NCBI GenBank assembly: GCA_964598565.1
Contig: CAZRCG010000009.1
Location: 1,943-65,942, forward strand
Length of the DNA stretch: 64,000 nt
Origin: an uncultured Bacteriovoracaceae bacterium
GTDB lineage: Bacteria > Bdellovibrionota > UBA2394
Direction: 5' to 3'
Made by a program: the position numbers and the translations under genes. Positions within the stretch are counted from its first letter, which is position 1. Each line of letters starts with the position of its first letter. This document shows positions 26,669-35,834 of the stretch, one piece after another. The notes under the pieces were generated by a model, which was not told where the DNA came from, made no database searches, and saw only the letters and a program-made list of their open reading frames with translations.

Positions 26669-29287
26669 TCAAGGTTTTGCAATCCACCGCAGCTTTAAGG
26701 GATCAAAAGTATGAGTTTCAGGGCGCGCGTTAGACCGAACCCATTTCCAAGACTCCCTGTCGAAATCATAAGTTTGATCCCATTCCTCGACACTCGGGGT
26801 CTCAGGCGCTCGATTCAACTCGAGGAGTCTCTTTAGGTATTCTTGCCGCTGCTTATGCTCCCAGTAAATTCTCTGAAATCGCCCTAACAAACTTCGCGGC
26901 GTTTCAAATAGAGCAGCGTCAACGTCGATCTCAGCCATCGTCAACTTTAAGCGCTCCGTCATAAGCTTCTCAAAAAGACTTTGGTAATTAGTCCCGCTTA
27001 GCTGTCTGTCTCGATAGCGCTTCAATCGCTCCACCCTTTTCTCTGCCGCAGGAGTCGCTAGAACAGGGCGCTCAATCATTTCGTCCATTCTCAAAAACAT
27101 AAGAGCTTCTCCAGCCATTCTAGCATTGTAAGCTTGAGGTAGGTCTTCCTCACTCACAGAGTCTGCCAATGCCTTTTGATCTGGATACTTCTTAAAATAC
27201 TCTTCCCAAGATAATTGATCAGCCTCCAAAACGCCCACTTGTCGAGTTTTCGCAAAAACCTTATACCACGCCGTGCGGTTCATATTTTTTTCTGAAGAAA
27301 TGAGATAATGGCCTCCCTCTCGTAGTACCGGATCGAGGTACAAAAACTGAGGGTGATTGGGATTGTTCAAAAATTCGTAGTTCATAAGGGGATCATTGAA
27401 GAATCGTGTATACGCCAACGGGTAATATCGATGATTCATAATCATCTTGTTCTGAACATACAGAGGGTCAAAATTATAATTGTCGTCGGTGATCCCCATG
27501 GGGATCACCATTTCTTGGGCGTATTGCAGACGGCGATGGGGATAATCACGAACGACTTCTTCTAGATAAGGGATGAGCTCGTAAGCCAATCGAGCTTCAT
27601 GTTCCAACAGATCGTGAAAAAGTTGATTGACGGTTGAGCCCTTCCCAGCTGTTGAACGGACAAGAAAATCTAAGTGACGGTTCTCAGCGTCGCCGTTGTG
27701 AAGAGGGCTAAAACTCTGCGCTACCAAAACGTCAGGATACATAAGGCTTTCCGCATCATGGTCTTCTACGCCCTGATACTGCAGGCTAGTAAAAAAAGCT
27801 TGAACGAGACAATCCCTACCTCCACAGCTCCGCCCCCAAAACGCAAAAGGGGCATCGCTGTTTCCTATCTGTCGAACATTCCTAGATAAATTCATATAAA
27901 AGGCGGCCCTTTGAGAAAAACTTTGATCCCTCTGAAACGATATACTTGGGCGAGGCGGTGCGCCCGGCCTGTTCACTGAAAGAGCTCGCATCCCAAAACC
28001 GCCATGACTATCTTGAAAGGGCGCCAGAACTTTGCCAAAGCTGAGAGCATTCGAAATATTGGCGCCTGTACCGTGACCAAAGACCACGATCAATTGAGCA
28101 TCCTTCAGGTCGAGGCCTTGCGTCGTTAAAATCGACGTACCCACCTTGTCCCAATAATTGAATTGGCCGTAGCCAGGCACTTTAACTGAGACCAAACCCT
28201 CGTCTGCCAAAAACACAGCGCGATATTTTTCTTCTTCGACCATGAAATGTGAAGACTGATCAACATGGAATGCTTTACGATAAAGCTCTAGGTAGCGATT
28301 TCGATCGTCTGAATTCGTTTCCTCGGCATTTATAGCGTCATTCAATCTCTGCAACGAAAATTTTTGTTCCAGCATCCTAACAAAATTTCGTAAATGGTTG
28401 ACCACCTGCCCACTAAGCGGATGCTCCCACGTTTCAGGTCCCAGAGGATTTTGGTAGTCGAGTCTCAACTGATGGATAGCTCCTCCCGGTTGATTCAAAA
28501 GGGTCCACGCGACTTCAGACTCCTCTGCGGCCATAAGTTCTGCCAGTTTGCGAACAACCTTCGCTTCTTTAATGGCACCCCTCTTCCCTTCAGACACTTG
28601 CCGCACTTCCGCGTCTACCGAAGCAGAAATATCGGGAAATAGAGTATAAAGTTTCTCTCTCTCAGCCTTTTCGGCGTCATAGCGTGAGCTAAGATCATTC
28701 AACTCGGAATCAATAGATTTTAATTCACGCGATCTGCTTTCAGATTCTTCTTGGCTCGCTGGTGGGGGCCCCTGCAAAACTCTTCGCCTTTCAAACAAGG
28801 GGTCGCGTGCACGAGCAAACAATCGAACTTTCATTTGAACGACGGCCTCATAGGCAGTCGCCCACTCTCGTGCTTTTTTTATGAAGGCCTCTTTCAGGGG
28901 ATGCTTCAGCCTAGGGAGGATCTGATTGAGAACGGCTCTCTCTAAGCCATGGCGTAGATCAATAGGCGTGATTTCTTCAATCTGATCCTGCAAAGACGCG
29001 CTACCAACCTCCAAATTCAATAGTCCTAGAGGAACTATAGCAGGTCTCCTGGCGCCGCTGGGCTGTGAAAGCCAATGATTCTGAATACGAATGAGTTCCT
29101 CTGTTCTGGCTAGCTCAGCCCTCATGGACAGACTTCTAAGGACTTTGGAGCATGCGCCCCCGGGTGAAAAGACTTTGGCACGCCAAGGCTCCCCCGACAG
29201 AGGCCCTGAAGACAAGCCACAAACGACAAAGCAAATTACCAAAGGCCGTGGCAATGCACGTCCCAACAAACTAATATATAAATTCAT
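26669..29287 (-). CDS. Exported protein with coiled-coil N-terminus and alpha/beta-hydrolase-like domain (872 aa)
   Basis: Signal-like N-terminus; VVFGHGTG, nucleophile elbow WGRSCGG (GxSxG), candidate Asp (GITDD) and His (EGGHY). Confidence 0.6.
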   Translation of the reverse strand: MNLYISLLGRALPRPLVICFVVCGLSSGPLSGEPWRAKVFSPGGACSKVLRSLSMRAELARTEELIRIQNHWLSQPSGARRPAIVPLGLLNLEVGSASLQDQIEEITPIDLRHGLERAVLNQILPRLKHPLKEAFIKKAREWATAYEAVVQMKVRLFARARDPLFERRRVLQGPPPASQEESESRSRELKSIDSELNDLSSRYDAEKAEREKLYTLFPDISASVDAEVRQVSEGKRGAIKEAKVVRKLAELMAAEESEVAWTLLNQPGGAIHQLRLDYQNPLGPETWEHPLSGQVVNHLRNFVRMLEQKFSLQRLNDAINAEETNSDDRNRYLELYRKAFHVDQSSHFMVEEEKYRAVFLADEGLVSVKVPGYGQFNYWDKVGTSILTTQGLDLKDAQLIVVFGHGTGANISNALSFGKVLAPFQDSHGGFGMRALSVNRPGAPPRPSISFQRDQSFSQRAAFYMNLSRNVRQIGNSDAPFAFWGRSCGGRDCLVQAFFTSLQYQGVEDHDAESLMYPDVLVAQSFSPLHNGDAENRHLDFLVRSTAGKGSTVNQLFHDLLEHEARLAYELIPYLEEVVRDYPHRRLQYAQEMVIPMGITDDNYNFDPLYVQNKMIMNHRYYPLAYTRFFNDPLMNYEFLNNPNHPQFLYLDPVLREGGHYLISSEKNMNRTAWYKVFAKTRQVGVLEADQLSWEEYFKKYPDQKALADSVSEEDLPQAYNARMAGEALMFLRMDEMIERPVLATPAAEKRVERLKRYRDRQLSGTNYQSLFEKLMTERLKLTMAEIDVDAALFETPRSLLGRFQRIYWEHKQRQEYLKRLLELNRAPETPSVEEWDQTYDFDRESWKWVRSNARPETHTFDPLKLRWIAKP

Positions 29288-29311
29288 TTTCCACCACTAA
29301 CCCAAACTGAA

Positions 29312-29329
29312 TTGATAATGCGTTATCAA
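29312..29329. promoter_or_regulatory. Palindromic operator-like site TTGATAA-N4-TTATCAA
   Basis: Perfect 7-bp inverted repeat in a divergent intergenic region. Confidence 0.3.
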
Positions 29330-29493
29330 GCCAACGTCAAGAAATCGCCTCGCTTGGGAAAATAAAAAATGCGATAGCTCAGACGAGGGACTCAAATTTC
29401 TACGAGCTCACGATGCCTATCAACAAATAAAGTTGCGGGGTTTCATTTCTACGTTTTGAACTTGATCTCTGAAACTCTGTAAGCGAACCCTAA

Positions 29494-30480
29494 ATGATGA
29501 CCGTTGCGATGCTTATCGTGGGAGGACTAATTTTATTGATCTTAGGGGGGGATTTTCTAGTGAAGGGAGCCTCTCAGATCGCATCGATTTTACGAATCTC
29601 CCCCATGATCATTGGATTGACGGTGGTCGCTTTCGGAACGAGTTCCCCCGAACTTGCAGTCAGCCTTGCCGCGGCTCTGAAAGGAAATGCCGATATTGCC
29701 GTCGCGAACGTTGTTGGCTCGAGTATCTTTAACGTCCTTTTCATTTTAGGCATCTCCGCATGCCTCTTTCCTTTGATCATTCACTCGGCCATGATTCGTC
29801 GCGAGGTTCCTATCATGGTTGCCTCTTCCATTCTTTTATGGATCATGGCCTGGGGAGGCACGATTTCTTCGCTCGAGGGGCTTTTTCTTTTTGCAGGCGT
29901 CTTTATATATACAGCGTGGCTCATTCGCTCGGCCCGCAAAGAGCAGAAAACAAAATCTGAGTTAAACCGAGAATCTAAAGAACTCTTCGAACCGATACGA
30001 AAGCAGAAGCCGAAGCTACCTCGCTCTATTTTTTTTGTCGCCGCCGGTTTAGCAATGATCATGTTTGGGGCAGACTGGCTGGTTAAAGGCGCCATTGAAA
30101 TTGCTTTGCGCCTGGGCGTCAGTGAGGTCGTCATTGGCTTGACCATCGTCGCCGCTGGCACCTCACTGCCCGAGGTCGTCGCCTCCGTGATGGCGACGAT
30201 TCGAGGAGAGCGTGATATCGCGGTGGCTAATGCAATTGGAAGTAATATCTATAATATCCTTGCGATTGCCGGCCTCTCGTCGTTAATCACTCCCGGAGGA
30301 CTCACGGTCTCCCAGCAGCTTTTACGTTTTGATATTCCGGTTATGGTAGTGGCCGCCTCACTTTGCTTGCCCTTTTTTTACTCTCGAAAGACATTATCCA
30401 GACTGGAAGGCGTCTTCTTTCTCTGCTTTTACGTTGCCTATACGTGTTACGTTCTCATGAAGGCCACTAACGTTGTTTAA
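29494..30480 (+). CDS. Calcium/sodium antiporter (YrbG-like, CaCA family)
   Basis: Two alpha repeats, VAFGTSSPE and VAAGTSLPE, plus GSNIYNI. Confidence 0.92.
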   Translation: MMTVAMLIVGGLILLILGGDFLVKGASQIASILRISPMIIGLTVVAFGTSSPELAVSLAAALKGNADIAVANVVGSSIFNVLFILGISACLFPLIIHSAMIRREVPIMVASSILLWIMAWGGTISSLEGLFLFAGVFIYTAWLIRSARKEQKTKSELNRESKELFEPIRKQKPKLPRSIFFVAAGLAMIMFGADWLVKGAIEIALRLGVSEVVIGLTIVAAGTSLPEVVASVMATIRGERDIAVANAIGSNIYNILAIAGLSSLITPGGLTVSQQLLRFDIPVMVVAASLCLPFFYSRKTLSRLEGVFFLCFYVAYTCYVLMKATNVV

Positions 30481-30556
30481 GTCGCCTCCGGCGAAGCCGA
30501 CAACGCTGCGATGCACGAGCCGCTACCGCACATGCTCTGCTTATCGTTGTTTAAAG

Positions 30557-30629
30557 TGGGCCCACCGCGACTCGAACGCAGATTAGCGGATTAGGAATCC
30601 ACCGTTTTATCCTGTTAAACTATGGGCCC
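30557..30629 (-). tRNA. tRNA-Arg(CCT)
   Basis: GGGCCCA/TGGGCCC acceptor stem, GTTT/AAAC D-stem, TTCCTAA loop, CTGCG-TTCGAGT-CGCGG T-arm; CCA not encoded. Confidence 0.9.
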
Positions 30630-30692
30630 CAAAAAAAAGGGCAAGCCAGAAAATAACTATTTATCGAGGAAGAGCCTATCCAAAAAGTGGCG

Positions 30693-31220
30693 TTAAAGTG
30701 AAAGCCTTTCGAAGACGAAAATATGACCGTCGGACACAACTTGGAGAAAGCCATCCACGATCCCAACAGATGACAGTGTCTTTAAAGACTCACGAAACAT
30801 AGTCTTTTGAACCTCGAGCTCTCGCTCAAAGTCGACAAAACATCGCTGAAACGTATTTGATGACTCTTGGAAGCCCCCCAGTACTTTATTCTCACCTTGT
30901 GATTGAAGCACGATGGCACCTGAACATTCGGGGGCCGACTCATCGATGACGACATGAAACGACGTCGCCTCTGTGGCGAAATCCCCATCAACGGCCGACA
31001 AGACCCATGAACCTTTCACTAACGATCGATCGGCTGGAACCTGAGAGACAATCGTGTCGCCTAAAGAATCTGCCTGGTGGGGCAGGGAATCAGAACTACC
31101 ACAGGCCATCGCAAAGACCGACAGGCTGATAATCACAGCCATCCAAAGTACCCATGAATAGGGGCGACGACCTTGGGCTGTCATCGAAATATTGTCGGTT
31201 TGTATACGAGAAGTCTTCAT
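30693..31220 (-). CDS. Hypothetical lipoprotein, possibly META-domain-like
   Basis: Lipobox FAMA-C; LVKGSWVLSAVDG resembles the start of a META domain. True start may be 31184. Confidence 0.55.
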   Translation of the reverse strand: MKTSRIQTDNISMTAQGRRPYSWVLWMAVIISLSVFAMACGSSDSLPHQADSLGDTIVSQVPADRSLVKGSWVLSAVDGDFATEATSFHVVIDESAPECSGAIVLQSQGENKVLGGFQESSNTFQRCFVDFERELEVQKTMFRESLKTLSSVGIVDGFLQVVSDGHIFVFERLSL

Positions 31221-31241
31221 AGCACTTGGGATGAGTAAAAC

Positions 31242-31257
31242 TGCAAGCGATATGCCA
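31242..31257 (-). promoter_or_regulatory. Sigma54 -24/-12 promoter
   Basis: Minus strand TGGCAT-ATCGC-TTGCA, near consensus with exact spacing, directly upstream of the lipoprotein gene. Confidence 0.55.
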
Positions 31258-31378
31258 GAAAGCTATTAAGAAAATGTCAATAATCTCAAACCATTGTACC
31301 AAGATATGCCTGACAATTTTGGTCCATGTGCATTCTTTTACATAGATTTCCTCCTGGGACATTGCGTATTTTTCGTGG

Positions 31379-31945
31379 GTGACCCCCTCGCCGATGCCTT
31401 TCGAAGACCTTAAAGCTCTCATAGCGAGCCGTAGAACTGTAAAAGACTTTGACGGTCGTGCCGTCTCAGAAGACATTGTCTCAAGCCTCTTAGAGCTCGC
31501 GGTTTGCGCACCCAACCATCATCGAAATGCCCCATGGTTTTTTCGCATCATGATGCAAGAAAGTGTTCGGCGATGGGTTCAATCATTAAAAGCAGAACTC
31601 TCAGAATCAGACTTTACGCCCCTGCAAAAAACGATACAGAAACTAGAAAAGGTCGGCGCCATTATTCACGTGAGTTCCCGCCAAGATGCTGCGGCTCATG
31701 TGACCCGCGAAAATTATGCGGCGTGTGCGGCCGCCACTTATGCCCTCATGCTGGGAGCGCGAGCCTTTGGACTACATTCATTTTGGAGCACTAGTAAAAT
31801 TTGTGATCTTCGAGAGACAAGACACTTTCTTAGCGTTAAAGATGATGAAGACTTGGTGGGAATGATATGGCTCGGCTACGGAACCGCCCCGATGGCGCCA
31901 GCCCGAGTGCCACCGACTGAGCGAAGCCAATGGTTTCACACTTAG
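31379..31945 (+). CDS. Nitroreductase family protein
   Basis: SRRTVKDF, APNHHRNAPW, GLHSFWST and GMIWLGY motifs. Confidence 0.88.
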   Translation: MTPSPMPFEDLKALIASRRTVKDFDGRAVSEDIVSSLLELAVCAPNHHRNAPWFFRIMMQESVRRWVQSLKAELSESDFTPLQKTIQKLEKVGAIIHVSSRQDAAAHVTRENYAACAAATYALMLGARAFGLHSFWSTSKICDLRETRHFLSVKDDEDLVGMIWLGYGTAPMAPARVPPTERSQWFHT

Positions 31946-31993
31946 AGAGTGTTTTTAAGCCTTTCGCAAGACCTCATCGGGTAAGGAGTTATT

Positions 31994-32923
31994 ATGGACA
32001 CACAAATTAAGTCGACCGAAGATACGGCTACCGCTCAACCTCAAGAATCCTTCGCTCTCAAAAACCCCTTAGAACGACTGGAGTCCATTCGCAGTAAATC
32101 TTCGAACGAGCTATTGTCTGAGATCGAAGTGCGACTGCAAGCGAATCCGGAATTTTCGCGCCGCATTGCCTCAGACGAAGGGGGTATGGGATTTGTGGAA
32201 CTAGAAGACTCTTGGGGCTGGGAGGGAACGATTTGTAATACAGCCCGCATTTCGGCGTCGAACAAACGCGTAAAACCGGGAGATACTCTCACCGAGGCGG
32301 ATAAAAATTTATTGTATCATCTCTTGAAACAAAATCACGGCACACCTTTTGAACGAATCTATTTTCACTTTCGGGTTATTTGTCCGCAATTTGTTATGAA
32401 GCAGTGGCTGCGTCATCGCATATCCTCATTTAATGAATATTCCATGCGCTATCGAACCGGCATTCATTCATTTTATGTTCCCGGCATCGAAGCTCGTAAA
32501 GTAAATGGCTTTGAGGTTATGACGCATGAAGAACTCGCTGAGTACTGCGACCTTCTTGAGAAAAATTATCGATTCTATGCTGATATGTACGAACGCATTT
32601 CGAAGCGAATTGGTGAGGCCGAAAAGAACGGACTCATTCCAGATCTTGGTTCTATGGGGGGGCGAAATCCCTACCGTGGCCGCGCCCGTGAACTACTGCG
32701 CAATGTGATGCCGATGGCAAGTTATACCGATATGTACTGGACAGTCAATTTTAGATCGCTGATGAACTTTATGAGTTTGCGATGTGGCAAGCCTCTAAAT
32801 GACGAAGAAGATGCGCAATTTGAAATTCGAGAGTACGCCAATACCATTTTTGACTTTTTCCAAAAAAAGTATCCCTTCTTGGCCGAGATTATGATGAGAG
32901 TTTTAAACGAGCGGCATGTCTAA
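31994..32923 (+). CDS. thyX: FAD-dependent thymidylate synthase ThyX
   Basis: HGTPFE, RHRISSFNEYSMRY (RHRx7S), NFRSLMNF..LR and AQFEIR. Confidence 0.93.
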   Translation: MDTQIKSTEDTATAQPQESFALKNPLERLESIRSKSSNELLSEIEVRLQANPEFSRRIASDEGGMGFVELEDSWGWEGTICNTARISASNKRVKPGDTLTEADKNLLYHLLKQNHGTPFERIYFHFRVICPQFVMKQWLRHRISSFNEYSMRYRTGIHSFYVPGIEARKVNGFEVMTHEELAEYCDLLEKNYRFYADMYERISKRIGEAEKNGLIPDLGSMGGRNPYRGRARELLRNVMPMASYTDMYWTVNFRSLMNFMSLRCGKPLNDEEDAQFEIREYANTIFDFFQKKYPFLAEIMMRVLNERHV

Positions 32924-35315
32924 GACAGCGACCCCATCCTCTGGCTCATCTCGAGAGACGCCCATGATGAAACAATGGGCCGAGCTAAAGGCTAAAGCCG
33001 GCTCCGCTCTGCTCTTTTTTAGACTGGGTGACTTTTATGAGCTTTTTGAAGAAGATGCGCTGAAGGCGGCTCCACTCTTGGGCGTGACACTGACGTCGAG
33101 AAATTCCAAGGCCGACACCAAAGACGCCATCCCTCTTTGCGGAATTCCCGTTTCTCAACTCGAGCTTTACCTACCTCGCCTGCTCGATCGAAATTTGAAA
33201 GTCGCTTTAGCCGAACAAGTTGAAGAGCCGCAACCAGGAAAGACTCTTGTGCGCCGAGAAATTGTTCAGTGGTTTACGCCGGGAATGCGTCTTTTACGAG
33301 GCGATGATCGTATTCATTTGGTCGCCGTGATCGACCACCAGGGTCGCGATTGGTCGCTTGCGGCTTGTGACATAGCCACTGGCCACTTAACGCTCGATAC
33401 ACAGACTTCGTGGGAAGCTCTTCTCAGCAAAATCCAAGAGTTGAACATTAAAGATCTTCGATGGAATCTACCCATGCCCGAACATTCATTGACTCTGTTT
33501 CACGAAGAAGCCCCTTATGTCGACGAATCTGAATGGAATGGTCTTCTTCTGAGAGGCTTTGGCGTTTCGTCTACACAAGACCTACCTCCTCTTTCTCGCT
33601 TATATCGCAAGACACTTGCCCAGCTACTGAGAGTGATCGAAGAAGCGCATCCCCGCGAACGCCTTCGTTTTCTGCATCCACAGCTCAGCATCGATAATGT
33701 CTGGATGAGTCAGGCCACAAAAAAAAATCTCCATCTTTTTGAGCCAGACGGCTTGTCGCTCTTTGATATCTTAAACCATTGTATGACCGCCTGTGGACGT
33801 CGAACCCTAAAACAGTGGATGAATCATCCCATTCGCCACAAAGATCACTTGAAGTCACGACAAACCACGGTGGCCTTTTTTAAATCTCGAACGACCGAAC
33901 GAACACTTCTCAGGAAGAAACTCTCACAGATACTTGATCTTCACCGCCTGCTACGACGACGCCGAACCCCGCGTGAAATTTTGTCGTTCGCCGACAGCCT
34001 AAAAGCGGGTATCTCCACCGCACTCCTTCTGCAAAGTCCGATTCCATTGTTACAACAATTTTCGACACTCTCAGACTCCTTACGAAGTCTGGGCGATGAA
34101 CTTGAGCGCTGCATTGAACCCCATCAACGGTCTTTAGAGGCCTCTTCCCTTGAGCCTCAAATCGCTCGGGGAGTGCATCCCATCATCGACGAACTGCGAG
34201 CAATTCGAGACGACTCTCGCTCTCTTTTAATGCAGCTCGAAGCCCGATTGAGAGACTCCTTGGGGATTTCGAGTTTGAAAATAAAATTTCATCAAACCTT
34301 TGGATATGTCATTGAGATAACCGCAGCTCACAAATCAAAAATTCCCGACTCTGCAAAACGAATTCAGAGTCTCACGAACGGTGAACGTTTTAAAACAGAT
34401 GAACTTGAGGCTCTTGAGCAACAAATTTTAAGCTGCACAAGCCGTCTACAAGACGCTGAAGACGCTGAGTGGAGCCGACTGAATGAAGCCATAGAAGCTC
34501 ATTATTCATCACTCATTTCTTGGCTCGATATTTTAGGGCAGATCGACGCCGCTCAAAGCTTGGCCGACGTTTCCTCCCATTATAATTGGACAACGCCTCA
34601 TACCTGCGAACAGCGCCAGACTCTCTTACTCACGCAGGCAAAACATCCTCTCGTACGCGGCCAATTTATTCCGTTCGATCTGTCGATGTCGCCCGGACAA
34701 CTGCAGGTTCTTTTGCTAACAGGCCCCAATATGGCTGGAAAGAGCACGGTATTAAGAACCGTTTGCCTCATGGCTTACCTACATCAAATCGGCTGCGATT
34801 TACCTGCTCAGTCTGCTTCGCTCAGTCTCTTTGACCGAATTCTCTGCCGCATGGGCGCTTCGGATGATTTAACAAACGGTCAAAGTACCTTTCTTTTTGA
34901 AATGCGTGAAGTGGCCAGTATTTTGCAAGGGGCCAGTGAAGAATCTCTGCTGGCTTTTGACGAAATCGGGCGAGGCACGTCTACGTTTGATGGTATGAGC
35001 CTTTCGTGGGCTGTAACTAAACATGTCGCCGGCTTGGGGGCTCTTTCTTTAATGGCAACTCACTATTTAGAACTCGCAGAGCTTGAGGCGCTTGTGCCTA
35101 CGCTTCGCGCTTATCATTTAGGCGTTGAGCTTACAGACAATAAACTGATCTTTACTCGTGAGCTTTTGTCGGGACCCGCATCGAGAAGTTACGGCATTCA
35201 TGTGGCTCGCATGGCCGATCTTCCAGAGTCAATTTTACAAGTCGCCGAAGACAAATTGAGAGAATTTGAACGAAAGCGAGCTCAGCGAATCCCAGTTCTA
35301 GAGCTGTGGTCTTAA
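32916..35315 (+). CDS. mutS: DNA mismatch repair protein MutS
   Basis: TPMMKQW..FFRLGDFYELF, GPNMAGKST, DEIGRGTSTFDG and SYGIHVARMA. Confidence 0.93.
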   Translation: MSKTATPSSGSSRETPMMKQWAELKAKAGSALLFFRLGDFYELFEEDALKAAPLLGVTLTSRNSKADTKDAIPLCGIPVSQLELYLPRLLDRNLKVALAEQVEEPQPGKTLVRREIVQWFTPGMRLLRGDDRIHLVAVIDHQGRDWSLAACDIATGHLTLDTQTSWEALLSKIQELNIKDLRWNLPMPEHSLTLFHEEAPYVDESEWNGLLLRGFGVSSTQDLPPLSRLYRKTLAQLLRVIEEAHPRERLRFLHPQLSIDNVWMSQATKKNLHLFEPDGLSLFDILNHCMTACGRRTLKQWMNHPIRHKDHLKSRQTTVAFFKSRTTERTLLRKKLSQILDLHRLLRRRRTPREILSFADSLKAGISTALLLQSPIPLLQQFSTLSDSLRSLGDELERCIEPHQRSLEASSLEPQIARGVHPIIDELRAIRDDSRSLLMQLEARLRDSLGISSLKIKFHQTFGYVIEITAAHKSKIPDSAKRIQSLTNGERFKTDELEALEQQILSCTSRLQDAEDAEWSRLNEAIEAHYSSLISWLDILGQIDAAQSLADVSSHYNWTTPHTCEQRQTLLLTQAKHPLVRGQFIPFDLSMSPGQLQVLLLTGPNMAGKSTVLRTVCLMAYLHQIGCDLPAQSASLSLFDRILCRMGASDDLTNGQSTFLFEMREVASILQGASEESLLAFDEIGRGTSTFDGMSLSWAVTKHVAGLGALSLMATHYLELAELEALVPTLRAYHLGVELTDNKLIFTRELLSGPASRSYGIHVARMADLPESILQVAEDKLREFERKRAQRIPVLELWS

Positions 35316-35322
35316 AAAAATC

Positions 35323-35742
35323 ATGGCGTCACTTGGCAAAGTTTACGACCTTCAATCACTTTTTCATCGATTAAATGAACGCTATTTTGACAATAAAATA
35401 GCGGCAACGGTGCAGTGGTCTTCCCGAAATCCACTCGCCGCTCGACGAAGCATTGTTCTCGGAACCTATCAATCTAAGTCGAATAAAATCACTCTTTCTA
35501 AGCGCTTGGACCAACCCCACGTCCCCCTTTTTTTTGTTGAGTTCGTCTTGTTTCATGAAATGCTCCATGCCCTGTTTCCCCGTGAAAAACATCGCATGCA
35601 TACCGAAAAATTTAGGCAGTTTGAAAGAATCTTTCCAGACTACGAGCGAGCTATCCGATGGGAAAAAGAGAATATTAAACTCCTCATGCAGCCCAAACAG
35701 ACGTCGCTTTTTTTCGGTGGGCTTCTGGCGCTTAGAAGATAG
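35323..35742 (+). CDS. SprT-like zinc metallopeptidase
   Basis: FHEMLH (HExxH) followed by HTEKF. Confidence 0.75.
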   Translation: MASLGKVYDLQSLFHRLNERYFDNKIAATVQWSSRNPLAARRSIVLGTYQSKSNKITLSKRLDQPHVPLFFVEFVLFHEMLHALFPREKHRMHTEKFRQFERIFPDYERAIRWEKENIKLLMQPKQTSLFFGGLLALRR

Positions 35743-35834
35743 CTCTGTCGCCGAAGCCCTAAAAGCAGAGTGATGATGCATCTACAAAATCAAACCCATT
35801 GCCAAGATGTCCCGATACCTTCACCGAGAAGGCC

